Shown piece after piece: positions 13,301 through 25,700 of a stretch of DNA of 64,000 bases. The notes under the pieces were generated by a model that did no database searches, had not been told where the DNA came from, and saw nothing but the letters and a program-made list of their open reading frames with translations. Each line of letters begins with the position of its first letter. Positions within the stretch are counted from its first letter, which is position 1. The stretch is from Hormiphora californensis (Eukaryota > Animalia > Ctenophora), in the NCBI GenBank assembly GCA_020137815.1, contig CM035352.1:5022001-5086000 (forward strand), read 5' to 3'. A program made the position numbers and the translations under genes.

Positions 13301-14219
13301 CAGTCACACCATATGCAGCTACTAGCAGCTCCTCTGTCATTCTACCAAGATACTTCTTCTTTAGCTCGTGGGATCCAGCCAAGATAACTGGGGACTCCGC
13401 CAAACTGAGAGAGATATTGTTGTAGGAGAAAATTCAACCAATACCCTATCCCCGGCCCACTATCGCGATCGGGAGGGTAGCTACTGCTCCCGTGGCACTC
13501 GACAGTCAACCCCTACTAATATAAAATGAAGTTAAAACTACCATAACTAGTTATATTGACCAGCTTTTATATACAGGTTTTCATCTGCATTCTTAGCATT
13601 GCTATAATACACCCATCTTACCTGTTGCCTCCCAGTGCGGTTGCAATACCAGTACACCCATACCCGATCTCTTCCTGAACAATACAAGCCTCCAGGAGAC
13701 TGAGACCCAAGCCACCATACTCTTCGGGAACGGTAGTGTTCATAAGACCCAGGTCCCAGGCCCCTCTTAGAACCTCCCACGGGTACTCCCCTGTCTCGTC
13801 GTGGTGGGGAGCCGCTGGGATAACCACCTGTAATAGAAGGGGGAGGGGTTATTATTATTATGTTCTAACCTGAACACCTGGAATGAGGGGGTGGTAGTTG
13901 TGTTTCAACCCTCCTAAACATTTGCTCATCATAGGTCCCGGAGATAGAGGGTGGCACAAGGCAGGGTAAGGTAGTGGAACTAACTGATATAGCACCAGTC
14001 ACCGAGAAGAACTAAGTAGTTCTTCTTGGTGACTGGTGTTTTCATCAAGATCAGTACTGATCTTGATGAAAACAATTTCAACGAGGGATAGTATACCTCT
14101 TGGGTGAATTTCCGTGTCGTCTCCTCTATTTCTTTCTGCTGATCTGACAAGTTGAAAGAAATGCCCCGGGTAGATAGCCGAGGAAGGATGGAACGGGTTA
14201 ACCTGGCAGCTAGAGACAT
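10355..14219 (-). CDS. ACADM: Medium-chain acyl-CoA dehydrogenase, mitochondrial; about 8 exons
   Basis: Transit peptide [30 protein letters not shown]. Motifs [90 protein letters not shown] at 10355-10357. Confidence 0.95.
11244..11588. repeat. 19-bp minisatellite (CCACCTAAACTCATGGCAC)n, about 18 copies, derived from an ACADM exon end plus donor site
   Basis: Direct tandem repeat. On the minus strand the unit is GTGGGTGCCATGAGTTTAG, so each copy is followed by GT. Confidence 0.95.
12109..13236. repeat. (CACCT)n pentanucleotide microsatellite, interrupted by a DNA element
   Basis: Tandem CACCT at 12109-12162 and 12999-13236. Confidence 0.95.
12163..12998. mobile_element. Non-autonomous TIR element (CCC termini, EnSpm/CACTA-like) with subterminal GGCAGCA motifs and two inverted tRNA-3'-half-like segments
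   Basis: CCCGGTGCCC...GGGCACCGGG termini flanked by CAC. Many GGCAGCA/TGCTGCC motifs. Inverted pair 12347-12417 / 12777-12833 containing GTTCGATTCCCG. Confidence 0.65.
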
Positions 14220-14369
14220 GTTGCTACTACTAGAAATATATTGAAGGGGGTGTTGTAAAAGTGAAACTAATTTAGACGGGGCTCGGGGGGATTTAGACAG
14301 CAGACAACCAGTTTAAGATAAAATACAAATAAATAGTTCTGTTATAAAGCAACTCATCACAATTCAAGT

Positions 14370-15881
14370 TCAAACTTTCTCAGCCACTTTATCCTCTGAT
14401 TCTCCCCCCTCAATAAACTTGTGCCAACTTGCTAACCTCGCCTCCCTCTCTCCCTCTGTTTCCTCAATAGCGTAGTCCGTGTGACCATCCCAAAGGGCCG
14501 CCTTGATTTGCTTCCCCCCAAACCACCGATCATGGAACAATTTCACCGCTTCATCAGCTGCTTCGTGTGTTCCAAACTTAATGGAGACCACACCCTGGGG
14601 GTGGCGATCAAATACTATCACTTTCTTTGTCGGGCCCAATTTCTCACACTCCTCCTTGATATCGTCTCTGATTTCAATGATCTGACACGCGTCCTCCAGG
14701 AACTCTTTGGGATCAAAACAGTGGTGGAGTATCACAATTTTAGCATGTTTCTCCCTCAGGTCCTGCCCACCAGCTCTCTCCCTCCAATCCAGCAGATTAT
14801 CTTGCCGATTCTTCTTTTTCTTTTTGTTATTGTTCCGTTTCTTGGGCTTTAATTTCGGATCAAATTCTCCTTTCAACTCAAATTTAGCTGGCTCAACTTT
14901 AACTTTGGTGTTACCGGTGCCAAGTTTCACGCCGTTCAACATCTGCATGGCTAAAGCAATAGACTCCTTCTTGAAGTAGCACACTTTGGCATCTCCCTTA
15001 AAGTTCCCCTCTCCGTCTACGTACATTTTAAATTTCTTCCGCTCAGTCTCAGGGTGCTCTGCGACAATCCCATACTTTCCCATCAGCTCTAAAAACTCAC
15101 TTTCTGTCATGGTCACGGGGAGGCCTGACACGTAGACCCACGTGTTCTTCTCCTGCTCCAATTGGAACCACTCTGGTGCTTTCTTTACCTTTTTCTTCAG
15201 CGGTGCCTCCTGTGAAGAGGATGATGATGTGTCTTTAACTGTGGGTGAGGAGGTTTCTGGAACTTTGCCAGGCACAACTGATGGTAATGGAACTTTGCCA
15301 GGCACAACTGATGATGATGGAACTTTGCCAGGCACAACTGATGATGATGGAACTTTGCCAAATGATGGTGATGTCTCAGAAGGTGGAGGCATCTCGGATG
15401 CTGGTGGCGGTTGTGTGATGGCTGCTGCTGCGGTGGTAGCAGCTTCACCAGATGTAGTCCCGTATTGTATCTGGTATACTGCCAGGAAATCATCTGTAAT
15501 CCGGGGAAACCATGCTCTCTTCTCCTCGTCCCACTCGTAGCAGGTTCCATCAGTGGGGTCCGTGTAGAAATGTCCTGCTGCTGTTTTCTGTGAACGGAGG
15601 TGTTGTTAAAGCTGGTGGAGAGTATACATTTAGAAATTAGAGAGACCCCACCCTGTATAGGGGAACACTAGTCACTAATCATGTTCTACCGTAACATTGA
15701 GACGACTTACTTGTTTTTCCAGCTCTTCTGCTCTCAATTGATACTCCAGCTCGTCTACAGGCTGCTGTATTTCCTTGATCACAGTGGACGGTGCAGTACT
15801 GGTTACCATGGTAATCTTGTCCTCCTCCTCCTCCTCCTCCTCTTCTTCGCTGGAACTTTGATCATTTTCTTGAGGTGTCAT
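14370..15881 (-). CDS. HTATSF1: HIV Tat-specific factor 1 / Cus2 homolog (two RRM/UHM domains); 2 exons (15711-15881, 14370-~15587)
   Basis: TDPTDGTCYEWDEEKRAWFPRITDDFLAVYQ; RRM1 NTWVYVSGLP...FKGDAKVCYFKKESIALA; UHM DIKEECEKLG...FDRHPQGVVSIKF...DRWFGGKQIKAALWDGHTDY. Contains a 30-bp coding repeat (GKVPSSSVVP)x~4. Confidence 0.93.
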
Positions 15882-16013
15882 GTCCCTGACAATAAAGGGG
15901 GATCGGGTGATTATTATGGGACGTAAAATTGTCAAGGATTTGTGGTCAATTCAACCCAAAGCATCCTGCAACACTGAATTATAAAGCAAGCTCTCGTGAA
16001 GCCCGAAGTCGTC

Positions 16014-16783
16014 AATGAGGCCCCTCGGAAATGTTCAAGTCATGCACAATCAAGTCACGCCCACCAATCACAGCTCAGAACGCCCGGAGTGTTTCGCGCG
16101 TTCTGAGCTGTGATTGGTGGGCGTGACTTGATTGTGCATCATCATCATCATCAATTAACATTTAATATACCGCTTTATAGCATATATTGGTAAGATATCA
16201 CTTAAAAAAGAAAAAACTTAACGGATAACTTCCTGCTTTCAAAAGCGGTTTTACTCTATTTGATCAATAAATTAGAGTCCATGAGCTAGTAGTGTTTATA
16301 CAAATGTTCAAATGTCCCTTGGTGCTTCTAACACCCTCTTTCCACGGATTATGAAGTGGGTTCCAGGGGACTGCTTTACCTTCTCCTTCAGTTCAACAAC
16401 AAGCTTTTTCCGTTCATTCCGTTCTTCTACTGTTCTATCAGGAGATATAAAGACTTTGCCAAACTTGTCGTTCCCTTTCAGCAGGGATTTCTTCGACAGG
16501 ATTGAAATTTGAGCTTCTCTGCTCCTCAGCACGACTTTCACAGGTCTTGCCGATGAGGACTGCTTTCCCAAGCGCTCGGCGGATTGCACTTTCGGAGCCT
16601 CTTCAAGCTCACCAAAAAGAGACTTAATTTGAGTTTCAAGCTTCTCACCATTTACATTGTCTTTCAACTCTTCCAATCCATGGATGATGATGTTACACCC
16701 ACGGTCCTCCGATGCTGCCACGATTGCCGATTGAATCTTCTTTGGAGCCAGGGCCGACTTGAACATTTCCGAGGGGCCTCATT
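16014..16783. mobile_element. Hairpin MITE (16014-16139 plus 16756-16783) split by a retroposon insertion
   Basis: AATGAGGCCCCTCGGAAATGTTCAAGTC at 16014-16041 is the reverse complement of 16756-16783. 16042-16139 is a near-perfect palindrome. Confidence 0.8.
16140..16755 (-). mobile_element. 5'-truncated non-LTR retroposon fragment encoding a LINE ORF1-like (CR1/L2-type) C-terminus, short 3' UTR and (GAT)n tail
   Basis: ORF 16308-16766 has NIIIHGLEE, ERLGK, RPVKVVLRS, VFISPDRTVEERNERKKLVVELK, typical of invertebrate LINE ORF1 RRM-CTD proteins. (ATC)n at 16138-16152 on the + strand. Confidence 0.75.
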
Positions 16784-17301
16784 TTCGACGTAACAAAATT
16801 CACTAACCCCAACACCGATTGGCATCACTTTCCGACGTAACGCGCGAACTTGGCATACGTTGCAGGCCCCTTATAATATAATATAAGGGGGTGCGCGCAT
16901 GAGGGGGCTGCAGCGCATTCCAACGCGCGAACTTGGCAAACGTTGCTGGCCCCCGACAGCGCGGGATAAGGCAGCGCTTTTCAACGCGCGAACGAGAAGT
17001 TAAGCGCGGGCGAAGTCTTTTATTTGCTATAGATTTCATAGCGCGCGATGAATACCGCGCAGATACAGATACGTGTTCTATTCTTTAAATTCACGCGCCG
17101 TCCTTCAATTCCATTAACGAGCGATAACCGGATGAATATGCCCCAGCCCAGATAAACCATTTCTGGCGCCCCAGACCCCGTTTTGATCGCCAGTTCAGTG
17201 CCCTCCCGGTCCAGTCAGAGCTTAGTCGGATATTCAGATCGGATCGGCGTTTGGGTACGTCGCGCCCCTGCCCCCTCTGCAGTCTGTTCGTTGCCAAGCT
17301 A

Positions 17302-17648
17302 TAGTCGAATTTTTTAATCAAGGGACAGGGGGCCGCGCATTCAGAGGGGTCGCGCGGCTTTGTATTTGCGCGTGATAATCGAGATCAAGTTCCTGGTAAT
17401 CTTAAGACTTGAACCCGGAAGCGTTGGAAAGATAATTTTAAGACCTTTTCAACGCAACAAAGACCAAGTCTTTATCTTATCAGGAACAGGAGATATGAGC
17501 GAAAACGTTTAGCACACGCAAAAAGACTTTTGTAAATGCGCGGCCCCTGTCCCTTGATTAAAAAATTCGACTATAGTCTGCCTTAAGTTTAACAAATGTA
17601 AAGGGATGGTTAGTCTAACCCTCCCTTTACATTTTTTAAGGCAGTCTA
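17302..17648. mobile_element. Two abutting TAG...CTA TIR elements (17302-17573 and 17574-17648), Academ-like termini
   Basis: ~40-bp TIR TAGTCGAATTTTTTAATCAAGGGACAGGGG... with its reverse complement ending at 17573; second hairpin TAGTCTGCCTTAA...TTAAGGCAGTCTA. GCTA flanks the pair on both sides. Confidence 0.6.
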
Positions 17649-17987
17649 GCTAACCGTTAGAACATAACAATCTGTTTGCACGCCCGCAGCCTTCGGGGCT
17701 CAGAGTCAGCTGATACGCGGCCAAGATCGGCGTCACTGACAGGGTAAGCGGTATATGTTACCGCACGCTTTTGACCATTGACTCAGCCATTTCTGGATAC
17801 TGTCACATACTCATAGGACAAAGTACAAACCATTTCAAAATAAAACACTTCCATTCATTTCAAAATACTTGGTGTAGAAATAAAACAGTCACAATAGGTG
17901 ATATCAGCTGAGTGTGCCAAGAATGCTCTTGCAGATTGTGATTTGCAGAAGAAAAAACCTCGAAGATCTAACGGACCACTATCAATG

Positions 17988-18071
17988 ACACGCCGAGTTC
18001 AATGTTCTGAATTTAAGATCACCATGACAGTGTCATGGTGATCTCAAATTCAAAATATTGAACTCGGCGTG
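17988..18071. repeat. ~84-bp imperfect palindrome (hairpin MITE-like)
   Basis: ACACGCCGAGTTCAAT...GATCACCATGAC AGT GTCATGGTGATC...ATTGAACTCGGCGTGT. Confidence 0.75.
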
Positions 18072-18174
18072 TTCGTTAGCGTTTCAAATTCAATTAGAAC
18101 CTCTTCTGTCAATCACACAATATCGCATGAAATATTCTCAACAGAGCGACATGCGTGAAGACACAGAGGATCTA

Positions 18175-18261
18175 TAGTAGGAGACACTAGCGTGGTACGC
18201 GCAAAAAAATGCGCGCCACACACCTGTTTTTTTGCGCGTACCACGCTAGTGTCTCCTACTA
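18175..18261. repeat. 87-bp hairpin element with TAG...CTA termini
   Basis: TAGTAGGAGACACTAGCGTGGTACGCGCAAAAAAA ... TTTTTTTGCGCGTACCACGCTAGTGTCTCCTACTA. Confidence 0.8.
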
Positions 18262-19512
18262 CTTATGAATATATTGCTGCAAGGTATGTTGTATATGATG
18301 GATATATTAAATACAGAATCAACATGATATGGTACCAGAGAACACATAATAAACATAAATCTCAACAAAAATAAAACAAAACAGAGTGAATTAGATAATA
18401 TATGATATTTGTTAATAATATAACGGTGTGGGTTTGTACACTCTTGGATAATTAATAACTTTTGATCGTAAAACAATAATTTTGTAATAGTTACACACAA
18501 ATTGTGAGCTAGATGAAATGAGACTGGCAGCGTAGTACAGAAGATAAAATGGCCAGCTTATATAGGACTTGTGGCGTTACTGTGGTAACCATGTGACGTT
18601 GCTAGGTGGTAACCATGATGTGAGTGTGATGTTTGGACACTATTCTCATGTGGAGTGAGTGGCCAGGCATCATATTAACAGGATCTTGAACTGCTCAAAA
18701 ACAGGGAAAAAAGGTCTGAGCAAATCAGAGCTAAAGGGTCTCTCGCGACTCGCAATGTTTCAATATCATATTAATTCCAAACAAGCAGAATACAATTATT
18801 ATACCTCCATCTCTCTCCCTCTCACTCTCACTCTCTCTCTTTCTCTCTCACAATCTCGCTCTCTCTCTCTCTCTCTCTCTCCGTAAATAATAAGAAGTGT
18901 CCGCCACACAGCACAATTACTAAGCCACTACATACATAGTTTAAATCACTCAGCAGCGTGTAATAAATCCTTGTGTACTGTTTTTCAAGAGAGTCTGACA
19001 AGTAGATACAGATCAGGCTGTCTGGCGCCGCCAAATTGGGGTCTGGCGCCGCCAGATCCGGAATATATCAGATTTTATAAGCAGCTGAGCAGCACACCGG
19101 TATCAGTTCCTGGATAGGACCCTAGGGGTTGTTGCTGCAGGGGGATCTAGGAATCCCGTCGATACGTCGCACTTCTCCCGTCTGAAAAATAGAAGCAATT
19201 AATTGACACGTGAGATATAATAATTGGGAGTTGTTGTTATAATTGTGATATTAAGAGCTGCTACAAGGGGGCTGTATGAACAATAATAGAGCTGCTACGT
19301 CGTAGAAGCACAAACAGCGTTATAACGACAGCGATATAAATAGGCAGACAAACGTACACACTACACACAAACACACATAATGTATTAGCCCATGTGGTTC
19401 TGCAGCTCTGACATTAATAGATCCTCGCAGCGGTGGAGGAGTCCCGAGCCCAGATCTCGAGAGGGACTGAGAGAGGAAGTACACATTGAGAATATACAGC
19501 GCCGCGGACATG

Positions 19513-19622
19513 GCAGGAACCAACCGGCACAAGTAAACAACCAATCAGAACTCGTTATTTAGGTCACGTGACTGGTTATCAGCCAATCAGGGACCAGTAT
19601 TTCCTGATTCGGTCGGTTCCTG
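19513..19622. mobile_element. hAT-like MITE
   Basis: CAGGAACC...GGTTCCTG with 8-bp TSD GGACATGG. Confidence 0.85.
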
Positions 19623-19762
19623 GGACATGGACTGAAGGAAGCAGATCTTCCTTGGTGGGAGAAATATATGGAAATGTGGGCGGGAGAGACATTTAGAAGA
19701 CAAGTAGTATCTCACCCCTCACTACCATATTTCATCCGAGCTGGGGCAGGTGGCCCCATCAG

Positions 19763-22700
19763 CTAATTAGTTTGATAACCAATGTTACAAGTCCCTCCGC
19801 TCGTATCACTGTGGACCTCGGGGTATGGGTCCAACACGGCGGCATGGTGGTGGGCAGGTCGGTGTCTCAGACTGGGCTCAGGACTCCCTCCAGCCGGGAC
19901 AGAATGGAGCCGGGTGGTAATGGAAGGCACCATCATACCCCATCCCGGAGTACCACTGCCACCGTGATCTGATCAAGAGTGTATAGTCGTGTAAAATATT
20001 ATATGGGTGTAGTTGTGTAAAATTATATGTGTGTGGCGATCTCCTGTTCTCGCTCTGTGATATATGCCGGGGATATACTGCACTCTTTCCGAAATACTGA
20101 TCTCACTCTCCAGAGATCTCTCTGTAAACAACCAATCAGAACTCGTTATTTAGGTCACGTGACTGGTTATCAGCCAATCAGGGACCAGTATTTCCTGATT
20201 CGGTCGGTTCCTGCCGGGGATATACCACTCTTTCTGAAATACTGATCTCACTCTCCAGAGATCTCTCTCTCTCCAGAGATCTCACTCTCCAGAGATCTCT
20301 CTCTCTCCCGAGTTAATGGTGGTCTTGATTGGCGAGGGTAGTTTAAGTTTTAGTAGTGGGAACTTTATGAAGCGTTTAGCGAGATACGAGGAAACCGAAA
20401 AGTGTGATGGGTGATTTTCTTAGATATAACTCGAGATTACATATTTGGAGCGGGTGTATTGTACTTTGCATGAAATAGCTTGATCTACCGAACCTTCACG
20501 AAGAGCTCACAAGAAATAGCCCTGGTGTAAACTACAGACACGCTACTATCCCAACATGGATCATATCTAACTATGCAGCAACTGGCGGGGTAACCTCACA
20601 TTTAACCTCACATATATACCACAAGCACACGGGGGACGTCCCTCGCTCACAGGCAACCAATTCTCTTTTTATCTGTCTATACCCTCCTCTCGATCTCTAT
20701 ACTAATACTCAGTGTATTATATCTCAGCCTGGCATTCACACACTGCACTTCCCCATTCAACATTATAATCACACATCATGCACGATGACTGTTGTCATGA
20801 CAACATGTTACCATGACAACACTGTTGTCATGACGTCACTTTGCTATCACCATGGTGACGGTCACATTCACTATATCACAGAATCTTAAATAGAAGGAGC
20901 GTCGACTTACTTCCTTCCTGTATTGGCCCCAGTCCGGCTACCATTCCTATACCGTGGCGTAAACTGGCGCTTCCCCGTTCTGGTGTTATAATACACATGA
21001 TGGATTACACGTGTGGAGATGGATATATATATCATTCATTTCATGCGACTTAGTTGAATAATATCACATGGTTATGCACATCTTTTTTATGAAGGTGGCT
21101 CCAACAATCCCCAAACAAAAGTGAAACGTGTAATATGCGGGGGGCTTTAAAAATGCTATGGTATATAGTATTTGTGATCAGATATGTGCTTTTTGGGCTG
21201 AGCTAGGATAAAATATAAATTTAGATTTGATAATCTTTTCAATTGACCGCACGGAGAGATGGAACAGAAGGAAAGAAGTTAAAGAAAATAATCCCATAAT
21301 TCAAGAAGAAAAAGAGTTCAAGATTTAGGAAAGAAATCAGGGAAGGAATAATAATCTGGGAAAATAAAATTAGAATCTTTACCGTCAGATGAGTTTGCAG
21401 ATCGGAGCATTTTTCCACCGCGTTTCAGCATCTTAATGGCTGTATCGAGAGTCGATGAGAGATGTTTGAACCACTGTTCAAATTCAATATCATTCTGGTG
21501 GGGGTGTTAAATATCAAAATAGGAAAACATAAAGAATGGCGTTTACTGCAATTTGAAAGCGATCTGATACTGATACTGATCTCGCAGCTAGTTACCTATT
21601 TACCAACCCCTAGTGGCTAGTTACCTATTTACCAACCCCTAGTTACCTAGTTACCAAACCCCCACCAACTCCAGTACTAACCTCCGTCCGTAGATAAATG
21701 TCGGATGATTTTTTGTTTCTACTCAGTTCCAAACAAATGCACTTCTCATATGTTTTGTAAGTGCAGTCTCGGACGGATATCAAGTCATCCATGGTTATGA
21801 GATTGTTGGCCAGGGACTGAAAATGGGGCAATTAGAAAATTGTTCAATTTTATATCAAAAATGTAAACAATAAAGGGTTTGAGATACAAATATAAAAGAT
21901 ATCGTGCAAAATTAATGAACATACTGTTCGTTCTTGATTGAACGATCACACAAGAACAAGTATTCATATATCATGTACTCACAATAGTACAGTCGGACCC
22001 CGATTTACCGGGATCCTCTGGGGGGGGGGGGAGGATTAATTGCCCGGTAATTCGGGGTCTGACTGTACAATATAATTGTGTGGGAACAGATACAATTCCA
22101 AAAGATTCGTAGTAACATTGAGTGTTCTTTACATGTGATGCTGATATTATTCAAGGTTAACAAGATATGGTTCACACTATCGGGAATATATTCATCACAT
22201 TGTTGGGTGACATAACATCATCATAGAGATGGCAAGTCGCCAGATCTTTCATAACCCGAAACACAAAGTTTTCCTGTCTGGCGGCGCCCAACCGATCTGA
22301 GCACACAGTCGAAACGGGGGTCTGGCGGCGCCAGACAGAAGTGTCGGACAAACAACACAGATTGCATTCCCAGATAGACATTTCGATAACATGACATTCC
22401 CAGATATCTCGTTCACACTGATATAATCCACCTTCTCTTGCCAGAGTCCCGTTGCACTGGATATGGTATCCCGCCAGTAGGCGATAATGTCACTGGTTGT
22501 TGGCGGGGAGCCCGTCATGTGACATTTGGATGACGTCATCGAATCGTCAACAACGGTCTACAATTGAACAATCTGGATCTCTGTGTTACAATCATGAAGT
22601 GTACATGTCTGTACATTGAAAAGGGTGCACCCGGGTGTTGTACATTGTGAGACGGGACAAGTCAATGTAAAATGTACACAATGTACACATTGTACACAAT

Positions 22701-25700
22701 GTACACATTGTACACAATGTACACATTGTACACATTGTACATTACAGTATCTCAGCTGTTATACAGACAGTTACAATTTCATTAGAACGCGTTCTACATG
22801 GTGATTAGTGAACAGACATGTGTTGATACACTGTAGCGATACAACATCTAAAGTTGTTATACCAAACATAATGTAGTACTACTGCAGAGTGCAGCCATCG
22901 TGTTGCAATATTAGTTAGGGAATTTTAGTATATTTTTTCAGAAAAATTTTTAACAAGCTAATTTCTTCACCAATAGGTCCGGATAGGTGTCTAGTATCAC
23001 CAAAAAAAAGTACACGATAATCGGAAGTGTGCACACGCGCTGAGCGCGCAAGAAGTAAATACATGTATTTCTAGCCTGGCACGAAAACCCAAAAACCATC
23101 TTAGGAGACGAGTAGAGAAAAAATCAAGGGCACTAGATTGTGTAGCGTCCTCGCATTAGTGGGGGTAGGTGCTGGAATTAAGTCTCTATCTCATCTGGTT
23201 AATTAGATAATTGGCTAATTAGATATGCGCATAGCCGTATTTTGGCTATATGGCTATAGCCACTTAGGAATGGTTTAGAGACTTTTCATTGGTGCCATTT
23301 TGTTCAGAAAACAATTTCAATCTAAGAGTTGTGGAAACATTTAGAGCCTATCTCTTACCGTTTTGGCGTAATTTGCAGTTAAAGAAGGCCAATTAACTAA
23401 TTTTTTGGCATTTTCGGCTGATTTGGCATACTTTGACCGCAAATAACGCCAAAACGGTAAGAGATAGGCTCTAAATTTTTCCACAACTCTTAGATTGAAA
23501 TTGTTTTCTGAACAAAATGGCACCAATGAAAAGTCTCTAAACCATTCCTAAGTGGCTATAGCCATATAGCCAAAATACGGCTATGCGCATATCTAATTAG
23601 CCAATTATCTAATTAACCAGATGAGATAGAGACTTAATTCCAGCACCTACCCCCACTAATGCGAGGACGCTACACAATCTAGTGCCCTTGATTTTTTCTC
23701 TACTCGTCTCCTAAGATGGTTTTTGGGTTTTCGTGTCAGGCTAGAAATACATGTATTTACATGTATTTACTTCTTGCGCGCTCAGCGCGTGTGCGCACTT
23801 CCGATTATCGTGTACTTTTTTTTGGTGATACTAGACACCTATCCGGACCTATTGGTGAAGAAATTAGCTTGTTAAAAATTTTGCTGAAAACTTGGCCCTT
23901 TTTTACTAAAATCCCCTAACTATATGAATATGTTGGTTACGAAGTCACCCCTATTACGCTACTCGTGTTGAGGGGTAATTTCGTTACCAAATGAATATAT
24001 GAAGTTAAGATAAAGTGTTTCACTAACCGATGGTTCAGCACGCCATTCCAGACGATTAGGGAAGAGATGAAAGTACTTCTTCTGCCACTGTGACAGAAAG
24101 GGTCCACCGAGTTTCAGTAAGTACCCCTGGAGGATACAATCCCCACTGAGATCAACACTGGCTGATCTCTTCGGTTTCTTGTTCTCGATCTTATCCGCCT
24201 CGGTGTTAACCGTATCGAATATTGTCTCTGGAAAGGGGAGATTTTATAGAGCGATGGGTGCAGTTAGAGCTTGCCTTACTCAACCCTGTTTCACCGTGAC
24301 CCGCACCTCTTTTAAAAATGTAAAAGAAGGTTTAGAACATAAAAAGTTAGGGACCCTGTACTTCAGGGACTACCACTGTCAGGGAGGATTGAGGAGGTTG
24401 TCATACTACCGGTTTGGAGAGGGCAGTCTTTTGTTTGAGACAAGGTGGAGGGGATTTATAAAGTTCAGGCTGGAGACAATAGAATTGGGTAGTAGTGGAG
24501 GAATTGAATAATTGATGGGATACAGAGTTGTGTGGCTGACACCGTCATTTTATTTCAGAATGTTTGACATCACAGAGCGAGCGCACTCTGCGAGGGTTCG
24601 GTAGATCAAATATAGAGTGCAGGCTGGCTGCTGGAGGGTGGAGATAATAGAATTCGATAATAACAGAGGAGTTATAGTGGGATATATAGAGTGCTGGAAT
24701 CAGTAATATTAGAGTGCAGGGCGTGTTCCTACATTATATATCGATCGAGTGAAAGTGTAAGAAAGTTCTTTACTTGAAGTTGACTAATTTAGAAGATTGT
24801 CAGCTATAGATATATTCTATTTGACTTCCACACCTCAAAAATGGTATAATCAGATGCAGCAGCTCTCGTATGCACACTGGATTCATTGTTTTGTCTTATA
24901 TTAATAGAAAGGGGGTGAGAAATGAGGCGAGAAATGATCTACCGAACCGTCACAGAGCGAGCTCGAATTTGAAGTTAGCCACATAAATTATACCCTCATT
25001 CCCCTGGTGCTTACAAGGTCGGGCTAGACAAGATCTAGAAAAGATATTCTATAGTCTAGATCCTGTAACTGCCTAGATTTTAGACAGATATTTTAGACCT
25101 GGTATATATAACACGTACCTACGATTTCCTTTTGCCACCGGTAGGAAAGGAAGATATCAAATTCTCGGTAATGATCCTCATCCTCCTTTGTCAACTTGAT
25201 TCCCTTTGTGTCATCCTCGTTAAAGTTTCCAATATCAAACGCATCCGCTGCATTTACCTGGTAAATAGGGAAGTAGTTGATACAGGGAATAATCTTCAGC
25301 AGTCATAAATAGGGAAGTAGTTGTAGAATGTAGTTGATAGGGAATGATGACGGTTCAACTAAAAATTAGGCATTAACTAGGTCGGGGGAAAAAGACATTT
25401 TCTACTGGTCATCTCCTCACCTCTCCCTTGGGTGGTATGACTGGGGGTGTTAACTTGACTAATGAAGCTGCATTCCAGTCCAGACACGAGAAGAATGGAT
25501 GAGATTTCACCTCCTCCGCACCCCTACCCTGACAGCCCAGTCGGGCGGCGGGTTTCCTCTCCAACAGACCCGTTAACAGGCTTTGGAGCTCGGGGGAGAA
25601 GGATTCGGGGAATTCGACCTTCATCGTAAGAGTCAAGTTATCTATAGTGCTCTTTTCTTTACATTTTGGGGGTCGGAACGGACAACGCCTGAAAAGTAGA

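Noticed and set aside
12979-13425. 148-aa (HLTSP)n ORF and similar LSLS/ERER ORFs elsewhere
   Set aside because: Translations of (CACCT)n and (GA)n microsatellites, or antisense to real exons.
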